Shown: positions 36,001 to 47,835 of the stretch, piece by piece
Position numbering within the stretch: position 1 is the stretch's first letter
How the letters are laid out: each line of letters begins with the position of its first letter
Made by a program: the position numbers and the translations under genes
Source of the DNA: an uncultured delta proteobacterium
GTDB lineage: Bacteria; Myxococcota; Myxococcia; Myxococcales; Myxococcaceae
Length of the DNA stretch: 64,000 nucleotides
Reading direction: 5' to 3'
Assembly: GCA_963771175.1 (NCBI GenBank)
Contig: CAVYSY010000032.1
Span: 160,001 to 224,000 of the forward strand
The notes under the pieces: model-generated
Database searches by the model: none
Told to the model about the DNA's origin: nothing
The model's input: only the letters and a program-made list of their open reading frames with translations

Positions 36001-36180
36001 GAAGAACCAGACGCGGTGCCAGGGAATCTCCCCGTCGGGGACGAACGCCATGAAGGGGATTTCCTCCAGGTGCTCGCCACGCGCGTCGTAGCCGATGGTG
36101 AACTCGCGCGAGTCGAGCCGAGGGTCCCACCGGATGCGGTGGTACACCTCGCGGCTGGTCTGGAATCTGTCCTGAGACAT
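33039..36180 (-). CDS. Multidomain RNA end-repair protein: MJ1316 + EEP + 2H phosphoesterase + eukaryote-type poly(A) polymerase (about 3 indels)
   Basis: VYHRIRWD..IPWHRV; TFNV/LQEV/GDFN/LDRV/SDH; PHVTL and PHLTV; YGSY..SDVD and [16 protein letters not shown]. Confidence 0.85.
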
Positions 36181-36337
36181 GGCAGTGGCCCTCGCGAAAC
36201 GGATGGACGACTCGGAGGGGCCTCTGCTTCAGGGCCGGGACAAGCCGAGTGCACGCGGAAGCGCCCCCGCGCGACGCACCAGACGCCACGCACGCGCCGG
36301 GCCTGACAATCTCGGTAGACGGTGGCCAGGGCCCTGC

Positions 36338-37030
36338 TCAGGCAGCCTGCTCTTGAACCCGCTCGTCGCCGACGATGCGCCCGTCCGCCAGGCGCACGAT
36401 GCGGTCTCCCACCGCCGCGGCCTTCGGGTCGTGCGTCACCATCACCACCGTCAGCCCGCGCTCCCGCGTGGCCTCGCGCAGCATCCGCAGCACCTCCGTG
36501 CCCGTGCGCGAGTCCAGGTTCCCCGTCGGCTCGTCCGCCAGCAGCACCGCCGGCTCCGCCAGCAGCGCCCTCGCCACCGCCACCCGCTGCATCTCGCCAC
36601 CGCTCAGCTCGTCCGGCCGGTGGTGCGTGCGGCCTCCCAGGCCCACCGTCTCCAGCAGCACCTCGGCCCGCCGCCGCAGCTCCGCCTGCGCCCGGCCCGC
36701 CAGCAGCCCCGGCAGCATCACGTTCTCCAGCGCCGTCAGCGTGGGCATCAGGTTGAAGAACTGGAACACGAAGCCCAGCCGCTCGCGCCGGAACGCGGAC
36801 AGCTCGTCGTCCTTCATCCGCGACAGCTCGCGCCCGTCGATGCGCAGCGACCCCGAGCTCGGCACGTCCAGCGCGCCCAGCAGGTTCAGCAGCGTGCTCT
36901 TCCCCGAGCCCGACGGTCCCATCACCGAGAGGAACTCGCCCCTCGGCACCGCCAACGACACGCCCGCCAGCGCTCGCACCTCCGTGCGCCCGCGTCGGTA
37001 CACCTTCGTGGCGTCGACGATGTCGATCAT
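36338..37030 (-). CDS. ABC transporter ATP-binding protein (LolD/MacB type)
   Basis: GPSGSGKST, GFVFQFFNL, LSGGEMQR, LLADEPTGNLD, VTHD. Confidence 0.96.
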   Translation of the reverse strand: MIDIVDATKVYRRGRTEVRALAGVSLAVPRGEFLSVMGPSGSGKSTLLNLLGALDVPSSGSLRIDGRELSRMKDDELSAFRRERLGFVFQFFNLMPTLTALENVMLPGLLAGRAQAELRRRAEVLLETVGLGGRTHHRPDELSGGEMQRVAVARALLAEPAVLLADEPTGNLDSRTGTEVLRMLREATRERGLTVVMVTHDPKAAAVGDRIVRLADGRIVGDERVQEQAA

Positions 37031-37776
37031 ATCTCCGCCACGCCCTCGCGCTCGGCCCAGCCCTCCAGGCCGTTGGGCAGGCGGATGCGCACGTAGCGTC
37101 CCGTCTCCTCCATCACCCGCACCTTCAGGCCGGGATGCACCTCGAAGGACACCTTGGCCTCGTCCCGGGGGAACTCGCGGGCGCGCAGCGTGGGCGCGAC
37201 GACCACGGCCTCGTGCACCGTCTCGTGGACCCAGACGTGCGCGGCCAGCAGCGCGCCAGCCGGCACCGACGCGGCCAGCAGCACGCCGCCCACCACCGCC
37301 GCCCAGGTGCGGTGGCCCGGCCGCAGCAGCCGGAAGAGGAACAAGAAGGCGAAGCCCGCGAGCCACGTCCCGAGGAACACCCACGCCACGAGGTTGCCAG
37401 GAGTGGCGGCCACCACGCGCTGCAGGAAGGGCTCCTCGGGCGCGTTGCCCACCACCTTGTCGAGCTGCTGCGCCCGGGCGAGCGAGAGGTTCGCCTCGAG
37501 GTCCGGGCCCTCGCCTCCAGCCTTGCGTGCCCGCTCGAAGGAAAGAATCGCGTAGCCCAGATTCCCTCGCGCCAGGTGCGTGGTGCCCAGGTTGTAGAGC
37601 AGGTCCGGGCCGCCGAAGCCGTGCGAGAGCAGCTTCTCGTAGCCCTCCTGCGCGGCGGCGTAGTCCTGCTTGTAGAAGGCCTCGTTGGCCTGCTGGTAGA
37701 AGGCCTGGGCCTCCTCGGGGGAGTAGTAGCCCTGCCCCAGCAGCGTGGCCACGAGGATGGCGGTGATGGCGCTCAC
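37027..37776 (-). CDS. BatE-like TPR and SH3 membrane protein
   Basis: TPR (ANEAFYKQDY..LLYNLG..ANL), two TMs, FEVHPGLKVRV..GWAE. Confidence 0.85.
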   Translation of the reverse strand: MSAITAILVATLLGQGYYSPEEAQAFYQQANEAFYKQDYAAAQEGYEKLLSHGFGGPDLLYNLGTTHLARGNLGYAILSFERARKAGGEGPDLEANLSLARAQQLDKVVGNAPEEPFLQRVVAATPGNLVAWVFLGTWLAGFAFLFLFRLLRPGHRTWAAVVGGVLLAASVPAGALLAAHVWVHETVHEAVVVAPTLRAREFPRDEAKVSFEVHPGLKVRVMEETGRYVRIRLPNGLEGWAEREGVAEI

Positions 37777-39659
37777 TTGTCCCAACCCTCCATGACGGCC
37801 GCGGCGTCATCCAGGATGCGCTCGCGGGCGGCCGGCTCGGCACCGGGGGCGAAGCGGCCGGCGTCACACGACTCCAGCACGAAGCGCACCCGCTGACGGC
37901 GCTCCACGTCCACACCGGCCTCGGTCAGCTTCGCCTCCAGCGCGTCGCGCGTGAGGCCACCCACCGGCACCTTCAGCCGGGCCTCCAGGAAGTCCAGCAC
38001 GGCCTTCTCCACCTCGCCGTAGAAGGCGCTGGAACTGCCCGTGCGCAGCTTCTCCGCCTCGGCCAGCCGCTTGCGCGCGGCCTTGGCCCGCTGCCGGTTG
38101 CGGCTGCCCTCGTCCTCGCGCGACAGCCGCCCGCGCACCAGCCCCACCACGCCCAGGGCCAGCATCAGCCCCACCGGCGTCAGCACCGCGGGCAGGAAGA
38201 AGGGTCGCTGCCACACCGCCGCCGCTGGCTCCTCGAAGCGGGCCTGGTAGCGCAGCGGGCGCAGGCCGCTCGCGGTGAGGACGTTCTTCTGCTCGGCCGC
38301 CGCGTCCGCCATCTGCGTGGGCGAGCTCGTCGGCGCGGACGCCACCCCACCCGCTCCGGGCTCCACGGTGAGCTCCACCGGATCGGTGCGAGACACCTCG
38401 TAGCTGCCCGTCTTCGGGTCGAAGTAGGGGAACTCGAGCGCCGGCAGGGTGAAGGTGCCCGTGCGCTGCGGCATCACCAGGTACTCCTGCACCCGGCTGC
38501 CCTGGATGCGGAAGCGGTTGGGCGTCACCTTGTCCGTCGTCTTCGGGTCGTACACCTTGAGCGCGGCGGGCGCCTCCAGCCGAGGCGGGGTGACGTTCTT
38601 CACGTTGCCCGAGCCCTCGAGGATGACCTTCACCGTGACGGGCTGGCCCAGCTCCACGCTCGTCTGGGACACCTCCATGGACAGCCGCCACTCGCCCACG
38701 TTGGCGCTCGACATGCCCTTGGGCCCGCCCGGCGGCAGCGGCTTCACCTGCACGTCCAGCTCGTTGGAGACGCGGTGCACCCGGTGGCCGGCGAAGAGGA
38801 AGCCGGTGGTGATGTCCGCCTCGGCGGGGGTGATGGACAGACGGCCGCTCTTCATCGGGAAGAGCGCGCGCCGCCGCAGCAGGTAGGCGCGGTAGGGGAT
38901 GCCGTTGACGACGCGCTGCTCGCTCGAGAGCTGCGTGGGGCTCTCCACGTCCTCGCTCCAGAAGCCCTCCAGCTTGGGCATGGTCACCGCGTCCACGCTG
39001 GACAGGTCCACGCGCGAGTAGATGTAGAGCGACAGCGTCACCTGCTCGCCCACGTACACCTGCTTCTTGTCGACGCTGGCGCGCAGGAACAGGTCCGAGT
39101 CCCCGCGCGGAATCCGCAGGTCCTCCGACTGTCGTCCCGCGGATCCTCCTCGTCCTCCTCCTCCTCGCCGAGCGGGTCCTGCATGCCGCCGAAGGGGAAG
39201 TTGCGGAACGGATCCGGCAGTTGCTGGCGGTTCGCCTGCGCGGGCGGCGAGACCCGGCCCTTGCGCACCGTCATCTTGATGGGCTCGGTGCGGTAGGTGC
39301 GGCCCCCAGCGGTGAGCACGCGCCGGAGGAATCGTGAGGGAGCCGGTGCGGTTGGCGCGCATCATCAGCACGTACTTGCGCACCGTCTGGATGACGGGCG
39401 GACCGCCTCCGCTCAGCTCGATGGAGCGCTGGGTGCTCTGCGAGGACGACAGCACCTCGAAGTCATCGGGTGCCGGAAACTGCAGCTGCGCGTTGTCCGG
39501 CGGGTCGACCATCACCACGGTGAGCTGGAAGATGTCCTCCGTGCCCACCTCGGTGCGGTCCACCGTCTGGTAGAACTCGACTCCCGCCCACGCTGGCATC
39601 GCCGCCAGCAGCAGGGCGAGCGCGGCCAGCGCCGCGCCACCGCTACCAGTCCTTCTCAT
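37773..39659 (-). CDS. BatD family protein (frameshifted)
   Basis: VDRTEVG, VDKKQVYVGEQVTL, GSGN, GTFTLPALEFPYFDP. Confidence 0.9.
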   Translation of the reverse strand: MRRTGSGGAALAALALLLAAMPAWAGVEFYQTVDRTEVGTEDIFQLTVVMVDPPDNAQLQFPAPDDFEVLSSSQSTQRSIELSGGGPPVIQTVRKYVLMMRANRTGSLTIPPARAHRWGPHLPHRAHQDDGAQGPGLAARAGEPPATAGSVPQLPLRRHAGPARRGGGGRGGSAGRQSEDLRIPRGDSDLFLRASVDKKQVYVGEQVTLSLYIYSRVDLSSVDAVTMPKLEGFWSEDVESPTQLSSEQRVVNGIPYRAYLLRRRALFPMKSGRLSITPAEADITTGFLFAGHRVHRVSNELDVQVKPLPPGGPKGMSSANVGEWRLSMEVSQTSVELGQPVTVKVILEGSGNVKNVTPPRLEAPAALKVYDPKTTDKVTPNRFRIQGSRVQEYLVMPQRTGTFTLPALEFPYFDPKTGSYEVSRTDPVELTVEPGAGGVASAPTSSPTQMADAAAEQKNVLTASGLRPLRYQARFEEPAAAVWQRPFFLPAVLTPVGLMLALGVVGLVRGRLSREDEGSRNRQRAKAARKRLAEAEKLRTGSSSAFYGEVEKAVLDFLEARLKVPVGGLTRDALEAKLTEAGVDVERRQRVRFVLESCDAGRFAPGAEPAARERILDDAAAVMEGWDK

Positions 39660-40664
39660 TGGGATTCCTCGGCCGCTTCTTCTGCTGGAAGCGCCACAGC
39701 TGGAGATTCTTCTCGTTCTGCTTCATCGCATCCAGGAGCCTGCTCGGCTTCCTGGCGATCGATGTCCTGCTGGTTGACACCTGCATCCGCGGACTCCTCG
39801 GCCTCGCCCTCGGTGCCACCGTCCGACTCCTGGCCCTCGTCCTCGCCCTGGCCCCCATCCCCCTGGCCGCCATCCCCTCCCCACCATCCAGCCGGCATCG
39901 CCCTGGCCGCCATCCGTGCCGCCATCCTGCTGGCCCCCGTCACCCTGGCCAGCATCGCCCTGGCCTCCGTCCTCCTGGCCACCATCGCCCTGGCCTCCGT
40001 CCTGACCGCCGTCCGTCCCGCCATCGTGCCCGCATCCATCCCCGCGTCGCCACCGTCCACGCCGCCATCATCCTTCGGCGTGCCGCCATCATTCTGCTGG
40101 CCGCCATCCTGGCCCGCGTCAGCACCGCCGGCATCCTGGCCACCGTCCGAACCGCCGTCCTGGCCTCCATCCGTGCCGCCATCGCTCCCGACCCTTCTGG
40201 GGCGGAGGCAGGTTCTTCAGCAGCACCTCGAGGTTGTGGCGGGCCTGCTCGTCCGACGGGTCCATCGTGAGCGCGCGGCGGTAGGCCTTCAGCGCCTCGC
40301 GCGTGTTGCCCGTCGCCGCGTGGACGTTGCCCTGGTTGTAGGTGGCCTTCTGCCGCAGCTCTGGCTGCTTGGACTCGCCCACCTGCTGGAAGGCCTTCAG
40401 CGCCTCGTCGTAGCGGCCCAGCTTCATCAGCGCGTCGCCGCGGTTGAACTCCACCGCCGGATCGTTCGGACGCTCCTTCTTCGCCTGCTCGAAGGCCGAG
40501 AGCGCGTCCTCGTAGCGGCCGGCGTCGTAGCGCCGGCGTCCCTGTTGGATGAGCGGGTGCTCCTTCTCCAGCAGCCCCGCGGCCCAGCCCCGGACGGCAG
40601 CGACAGCCCCACGGCAGAGGAGCGCCAGCACCCACGCCCGCATGCCCATGACTCCCCTGCTCAC
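39643..40664 (-). CDS. BatC-like TPR protein with Asp-Gly-Gly repeat linker (frameshifted)
   Basis: TPRs (FNRGDAL, YNQGN, ARHNLEV), LLDAMKQNEK...NEKDW end. Confidence 0.85.
39810..40183 (-). repeat. Coding DGG(Q/T)/DAG repeats
   Basis: Many GA(T/C)GG(C/T/A)GGC(CAG) units. Confidence 0.8.
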
Positions 40665-41733
40665 GACGACCTCCGGCGCGCGGACGGCAGCATCAACATC
40701 CCCAGCACCAGCAGCGCGAGGCCCGGCAGGGCGAAGGACTGGAAGCGCTCGTCGTAGCGGACGGTGACGCGGCTCTCGAGCTCGCTCTTCTGCATCGCGG
40801 TCGATGCGCTCGACCACCTCGCCGATGGCCACGCCGCGCGGCTGGTGGAAGTAGGCGCCGCCGGTGGCCTCGGCGATGGCCGCGAGCCCGCGCCGCGTCC
40901 AGCCGGGTGATCACCGTCTCGCCGCGTGCCGGTCCTTCTTGAAGTCGACGAACTCGCCGCGCCGGTCGAGACGGGGATGGGCTCGCCGCTGCTCGCTGCC
41001 CGATGCCCACGGTGAAGCACCTGGATGCCGGCCTCCTTGAGCGCGCTCACGCGCCTCGTCCACCTCGCCCACCAGGTCCTCGCCGTCGGAGAGCAGCACC
41101 ACCACCCGCTCCTTGGCGCCGCGGTCCGCGTTCTCCAGCACCTTCTCGGACGAGCAGCAGCGCGTCGCCGATGTTGGTGCCGCCCTGCGGCATCTGGTCC
41201 GGGTCCACCGCGCGCAGGAAGAGCTTGGCCGCCGAGTAGTCCGAGGTGAGCGGGCACTGGACGAAGGCGTCGCCGGCGAAGGCGACGAGGCCCACCCGGT
41301 CGCCCTTCAGCTCGTCGAGCAGCGTGGTGAGCTCCAGCTTGGCGCGCTCCAGGCGGCTGGGCTGCACGTCGCGGGCGAGCATGGACTTGCGAGCGTCGAG
41401 CGCCACCACCACGTCGATGCCGCGCCGCTTCGTCAGCTCGCTCCGGCTGCCGCACTGGGGCTGGGCCAGCGCCAGCCCGAAGAGGAGCAGCCCCAGTCCG
41501 TAGAAGCCGCCCTGCACCACCGGCGCGCCAGCGCGAGACGCCCGGGGCCGAGGCTTCGTCCACGAGCCGCTCGCCGAGCAGCGCCGCGCACCCGCGAGCG
41601 CCGGCGCAGCGCCGACACGAGGGCCAGGACGCCCACCAGCGCGCACCGCCGCGCACCAGCAGCGAGGAAGGCCGGGCTGCGCCGAGCCCCACCTGGTAGC
41701 CGAGGATGGTGAAGCGCCAGGGGTCCGTCGCAT
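40661..41733 (-). CDS. BatB-like VWA protein (frameshifted)
   Basis: LALAQPQ, GIDVVVALDxxKSMLARDVQPSRL, GDRVGLVAFAG, LLSDGED. Confidence 0.9.
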
Positions 41734-42747
41734 CACGGGAACACCCTCAGGAAGGTGGCGCGCAGGAGCAGCTCCAGCGCGGCGAGCAGCGAAGGCCAGC
41801 AGCAGGAACGGGTGGAAGTCCTCGCGGTAGTTGGCGCGTCGCCCCGCCCTCCAGCAGCTTGCGCGCTCCAGCGAGTCCAGCACCTGCTGCAGGCCCTGCG
41901 CGAGCGACTCGCGGTCGGTGGCGCGGTAGTACTCGCCGCCGGTGGCGTCGGCGATCTCCTGCAGCAGCTCGGGGTTGATGGGGATCTCCAGTCTCGCGCC
42001 AGACGGTGTTGCCGAACAGGTCCTGCCCTGCGGGAAGGGCACCTTGCCGCCCTTGCCCACCAGGATGGTGTAGACGGGGATGTCCAGCGCCTTCGCCATC
42101 GCCGCCGCGTCGAGCGGCGAGATGCTGCCCGGCGTTGTTGTCGCCGTCGGTGATGAGCACCACCACGCGGCTCTTCGCCTCCGAGTCGCGCAGGCGGTTG
42201 AGCGCGGTGGCGAGCGCGTCGCCGATGGCGGTGCCGTCCTCGAGCACCCGGGTGCGGAGCTGCTGCACCACCTCCTCGAGCACCCCGTAGTCGAGCGTGA
42301 GCGGCGCCTGGGTGTAGGCCGCGCCGGCGAAGACCACCAGGCCGATGCGGTCGTTGACGCGGCTGGCGATGAAGTCGGCGAGCACCTCCTTGGCCACGTG
42401 GAGGCGGTTCTGCGGGCGGAAGTCGCGCGGCCTCCATGGAGGTGGAGAGGTCGAGCGCGATGACGATGTCGATGCCCTCGACGCTCAAGTCGCGCACGCG
42501 CGCGTCGCGCGTCTGGGGACGGGCGAGCGCGACGACGGCGGCGATCACCGCGAGGGCCCGCATGAAGGGCAGCATCGGCAGCAGGTACGTGCGCAGGCCG
42601 CGCCCCTGCCGGGCGAGCACGTGCGCCGCGGAGAAGCGCAGCACGGCCCGGGAACGCCGCTCCCGCCAGGCCCAGCCAGGAGGACCGGCACGAGCAGCAA
42701 TCCCCAGAGGACGTGGGGGTTATGGAAGTCGTGAGGTCCGGAAGCAT
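41733..42747 (-). CDS. BatA-like VWA protein (frameshifted)
   Basis: ALARPQ, GIDIVIALDLSTSM, DRIGLVVFAG, GTAIGDAL, LITDGDNNAG. Confidence 0.92.
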
Positions 42748-43734
42748 GGGACACGGGGACCGCCTCGGGGGGCGGCGGTGGGGGCCAGGTCTTGTCCAGC
42801 AGCTCGTAGCCGAACGCCAACGCCGCGCGGCACGAGTCCGGCGAGGACTCGGCGCGGGCGAACTTCACCAGGTCGGACTCGGAGACGAAGCGCAGCAGTC
42901 CGTCCTCCGGCAGGCCCGGGGTGGGCATGCGGCGGAGCTTCGCCATCAGCTCCGAGCTGGTGCACTCCAGGGCCTCGAAGCCGTAGCGCTCGCCCAGGTA
43001 GCCGCGGAGGATCTCCGAGAGCCGGAAGTAGAAGTCCTTCACGTTGCCCTGGGTCGGGCAGGTCCTCGGACTTGCAGGGCCTCCAGCGCCCGGCGGGTGC
43101 GCACGTCCAGGGGAGCGGGCGGCTCCACCAGCCGCGGCCGCGCGGCTCCGGTACTTCTGGAAGAGGCGCCACGCCACGTAGCCGAGCGCCGCGGCGACCA
43201 GCACTCCCGCCAGCGCCCAGAGGAGCCGTCAGGAGCGGACCGCCACCTCGGTCGGCGGCTGGATGTCCATGAGGTCCGCGCCCTTGGACTCGGCGTCATC
43301 GGCAGGGTGGAGCCCACCTCCAGCGTCTGTCCCGGGGCCACGAAGCGCTTGGGGCCCTCGGGCGTCGACACGACGAAGGGCACGGACGGCAGCGTCACCA
43401 TGCCCAGGTCGAAGGCGGACAGCTTCAGCCGGAAGACGGTGACGGCCGGCTCCATCCCCGCCTTCGGAGGCTCGCGCGACTGGGAGAGCAGCTCGAAGTC
43501 CCCCAGGTCCGGCGGCAGGTCCAGCTCGTAGCGCTGGTCCGCCGGGTGGGTGATGACCAGCTCGTAGGTGAAGGGCTCGCCCAGGAGCACCCGCTCGGGC
43601 AGCACGCGGCCCTGGAAGCCCGAGGGCTCCACCTCCGGCAGCTTCGCGTTGGCCGAAGCCGGGGGCGGAGCGGCCGGAGCCTGGGCCCAGGCCGGCGAGA
43701 CGAGCAGGAGCGCGACGAGAGTCAGCCACCTCAT
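42720..43734 (-). CDS. Bat-operon hypothetical membrane protein (frameshifted)
   Basis: Signal peptide, Ig-like region, TM, FYFRLSEILRGYL...SDLVKFA. Confidence 0.8.
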
Positions 43735-44618
43735 GCCGCCATCCTCCGGGCGCGGGCACGGAAGAAGCGCACCAGCGCCATGCCGTGGTCATCGCCGGCG
43801 CTCAGCTCCACGTGGTCCAGCTCCAGCTTCTTGAAGAGCTTGCGCCGCGCCTCGCGCGCGGCCTGCATGGCGCGAGCGAAGCGGCCGCGGACGAGCGGGT
43901 CGCTGGTGTCCACCACGAAGCGCTCGCCCGTCTCCGGGTCCTCCAGCTCCACCAGGCCCAGGCGGGGGAACTCCTCCTCCAAGGGGTCCTCGATGACCAC
44001 CGGCACCAGGTCGTGCTTGCGGCCCACGAGGCGCAGCGGCTGCTCGTAGTCCTGGGCGAGGAAGTCGCGAGATCAGGAAGGTCACCGTCTTCCGGCGCGC
44101 CACGCTGGCGCAGGTAGGTGAGCGCCCGCGCCGAGGTCGGTCCCCTGCCCCTGCGGGCTGGAAGGTGAGGATGTCGCTGATCAGCCGCATCACGTGCTTG
44201 CGGCCCTTGCGCGGCGGCACGACCTTCTCGACCCGGTCGGTGAAGAGGATGAGCCCCACCCGGTCGTTGTTGGCGATGGCGCAGAAGGCGAGCAGCGCGG
44301 CCACCTCGGCGGCGATCTCGGCCTTGGTGCGCTCGCGCGAGCCGAAGCTCCTCCGAGGCCGAGACGTCCACCAGCAGCATCACCGTGAGCTCGCGCTCCT
44401 CGGTGAAGACCTTGACGTAGGGCTCGCTCATGCGCGCGGTGACGTTCCAGTCGATGGTGCGGACCTCGTCGCCGGGCTGGTACTGGCGCACCTCGGAGAA
44501 GGCCATGCCCCGGCCCTTGAAGACCGAGTGGTACTGGCCCGCCGAGCGTGTCGTCGACACCACCGGCGGGTGGTGATCTCGAGCTTGCGGATGCGCCGGA
44601 TGAGTCCTTGGCGAGCAT
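43731..44618 (-). CDS. DUF58 family protein (frameshifted)
   Basis: GQYHSVFKGRGMAFSEVRQYQPGDEVRTIDWNVTAR, EERELTV. Confidence 0.95.
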
Positions 44619-44647
44619 CGGCGCGCTGCTCGCTCCTGGCCGGTGCG

Positions 44648-45658
<1,011 letters not shown>

Positions 45659-45777
45659 GTCCTCGTACCGTCCCTGGGGAGGCGGGCAGCCTAGGGTGAT
45701 GTAGGTACGCCGCTCAACAGCCCATCACGCCGGACATTCCGATAACTTCGGGGGCCCAACCCCCCGGAGACCCCGAA

Positions 45778-46380
45778 ATGGCCGACAGGAGCATCCAAAA
45801 CCACATCGACGCGATGAAAGCCAACCTTCCCGCGAAGACGGGTCGCACCTTCGAGCAGTGGGTGGCCCTGGCCCGGAAGCAGGGCCCCGGGGAGGTGAAG
45901 GGGCTGGTGGCCTGGCTGAAGGAGGAGCACGGGCTGGGGACGGTGACGGCGACGCTGATCGCCCACCACGTCCATGGGGGCCACATGGTCGGATATGAGG
46001 ACCCGGAGGCCCTCCTGGACGGCAACTTCGCGGGCGAGAAGGCCGCCCTGCGCCCGGTGTACGACGCCCTGCTCAAGGCCGCCCAGAAGGCGAGCAAGGA
46101 GATCACGGTCCACCCCTGCAAGACGTACATCACCCTCAAGCGGGGGACCCAGTTCGGCATCGTGAAGGTGGCGAAGAACCGGCTCGACCTGGGCCTCATG
46201 CTGCCGGGCTTCGAGCCGGCGGGCCGGCTGGAGAAGGCGCGGAACCTGGGGAACGACCGCGTCACCCACAAGGTGGCGCTCACGGCGAAGAAGGACGTGG
46301 ACGCCGAGGTGGTGGGCTGGCTGGCTCAGGCCAGCGAGCTGAAGGTGAAGCCCAAGGCAAAGGCCAAGGCGGCCCGGTGA
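45778..46380 (+). CDS. DUF4287/DUF5655-type protein
   Basis: KTGRTFEQW..WLKEEHGLG; PCKTYI..RLDLGL..RVTHKV..WL. Confidence 0.8.
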   Translation: MADRSIQNHIDAMKANLPAKTGRTFEQWVALARKQGPGEVKGLVAWLKEEHGLGTVTATLIAHHVHGGHMVGYEDPEALLDGNFAGEKAALRPVYDALLKAAQKASKEITVHPCKTYITLKRGTQFGIVKVAKNRLDLGLMLPGFEPAGRLEKARNLGNDRVTHKVALTAKKDVDAEVVGWLAQASELKVKPKAKAKAAR

Positions 46381-47270
46381 CCTCCCGCGAGCCGGGGCCG
46401 ATGGAGGCGGAGCTGCTGGGGGAGCTGGCTCCGGTGGTGGTGCCCCGGGTGTACCGGCTGCGGAGTGGCGGGGTGCTGCGGGTGCTCGAAGGTGGAGAGG
46501 GCCCTCCGGTGGTCCTCCTCCACGGGCGAGGGAACGCGGCGACGCTGTGGTTTCCTCTCCTCTTGGAGCTGACCCGGGAACACCGGGTGCTGGCGGTGGA
46601 CCTGCCGGGCTTCGGGTGTTCCTCGGGGCCCCAAGGACCGCTCCGGACGGCCGAGGACGGACTGCGCTTCTTCGTCGAGCCGGTGGAGGAGGTGCTGTCC
46701 ACGCTGACCCCGGGGCCGATGACGCTGGTGGGGCACTCGCTGGGCGGACTGGTGTCGCTGGAGCTGGCGCTGCGGGGCCGAGTACCCGTGGAGCGGCTGG
46801 TGCTGGTGGACGCGATGGGGCTGGGCCCGGAGATGGCGCGGGATGCCCGCCTCTTCTTCCGCGTGGGCCCGGAGCGGGTGGCGCGCACGCTGGGGCCGAA
46901 GCTCTTCGGACGCATCTCGCCGCTGCCGGACACACCGCTGAACCGGCGGCTGATGGCGCTGGGCTACGAGCTGCTGACGGTGCCCGGGGGCAGACCCGAG
47001 GCCACGCGGGCCTTCAACACGCTGGTGCCGCTCACGGGCGAAGTGTTCCACCGCTTCGAGCGACTGGGCGAGGTGAAGCAGCCCACCCTCCTCTTCTGGG
47101 GCGAGCACGACACGGTGCTGCCCGTGTCACTCGCCGAGGCAGCGGTGAACGCAATGACAGACGCACGGCTCGCGCGCGTGCCGGCTGGGCACAGTCCACA
47201 CTTGGAGCAACCGGAGCGTGCCCTCACGGAGCTGAAAGCTTTGTATGTCGATGTGCGCCTTCAGTGGTAG
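46377..47270 (+). CDS. Alpha/beta hydrolase
   Basis: LLHG, DLPGFG, GHSLGG, WGEHD, GHSPHLE. Confidence 0.93.
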   Translation: MTSREPGPMEAELLGELAPVVVPRVYRLRSGGVLRVLEGGEGPPVVLLHGRGNAATLWFPLLLELTREHRVLAVDLPGFGCSSGPQGPLRTAEDGLRFFVEPVEEVLSTLTPGPMTLVGHSLGGLVSLELALRGRVPVERLVLVDAMGLGPEMARDARLFFRVGPERVARTLGPKLFGRISPLPDTPLNRRLMALGYELLTVPGGRPEATRAFNTLVPLTGEVFHRFERLGEVKQPTLLFWGEHDTVLPVSLAEAAVNAMTDARLARVPAGHSPHLEQPERALTELKALYVDVRLQW

Positions 47271-47402
47271 ACGTCTACCACCGAGCCGACCGGCACGCCG
47301 AAAAGCCGCTCGACGTCAACGAGCCCCCCGTCGCGATGGAGCAGAAAAACACCGACTGAACCGCGATAGGGTCGCGCCAGACAACGGCACTGGAGCACCT
47401 TC

Positions 47403-47834
47403 ATGCAGATCACGACCTGGTTCATCGCGAGAGAAGACGAGGCGGAGGCGCTCGAGTCGATCCTCACGACCGAGGAGCACTCCCCGGAAGACTGGCCGAA
47501 CATCGAGCTCCCGCTCATCGAGATGGAGCTGATGGCGCTCTCCGCCGCGATCCAGGGCACGGAGGACATCACGTCCGAGCGCACCTTGGAGGATCCGCTC
47601 ATCTTCCGGGAGGAAGACGGTCTGCTCATCGCGCGCGTGGTGGAGTCCTTCATCCAGGCGCTGGCCCGTGTACCGGACGGGAACGTGCCCGGCCTCGCTG
47701 ACGCCTGGGCGGAACGAATCGACCAGGAGAACCACGAGCCGGAGGAGCTGCGAGAAATCCTCTCGGACCTGGTGAAGTTCGCGCGGGAGGCGGTGGCACG
47801 CAATAGCCCGGTGCTGTCACTCGCGACGTTCTGA
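47403..47834 (+). CDS. Acidic hypothetical protein (weakly DUF1877-like)
   Basis: GGAG RBS, intact 143 aa ORF; its 3' end is duplicated at 51057-51087. Confidence 0.7.
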   Translation: MQITTWFIAREDEAEALESILTTEEHSPEDWPNIELPLIEMELMALSAAIQGTEDITSERTLEDPLIFREEDGLLIARVVESFIQALARVPDGNVPGLADAWAERIDQENHEPEELREILSDLVKFAREAVARNSPVLSLATF

Positions 47835-47835
47835 T
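47805..47835 (+). repeat. 31-bp direct repeat, left copy
   Basis: agcccggtgctgtcActcgcgacgttctgat. Confidence 0.92.

Noticed and set aside
29251..36180. PPase, S8 protease, FliB and RNA-repair gene as one functional system
   Set aside because: Mixed orientations and no shared operon structure; only proximity links them
47261..47400. Possible gene remnant between the hydrolase and the acidic protein
   Set aside because: Short open frames on both strands with no recognisable motif
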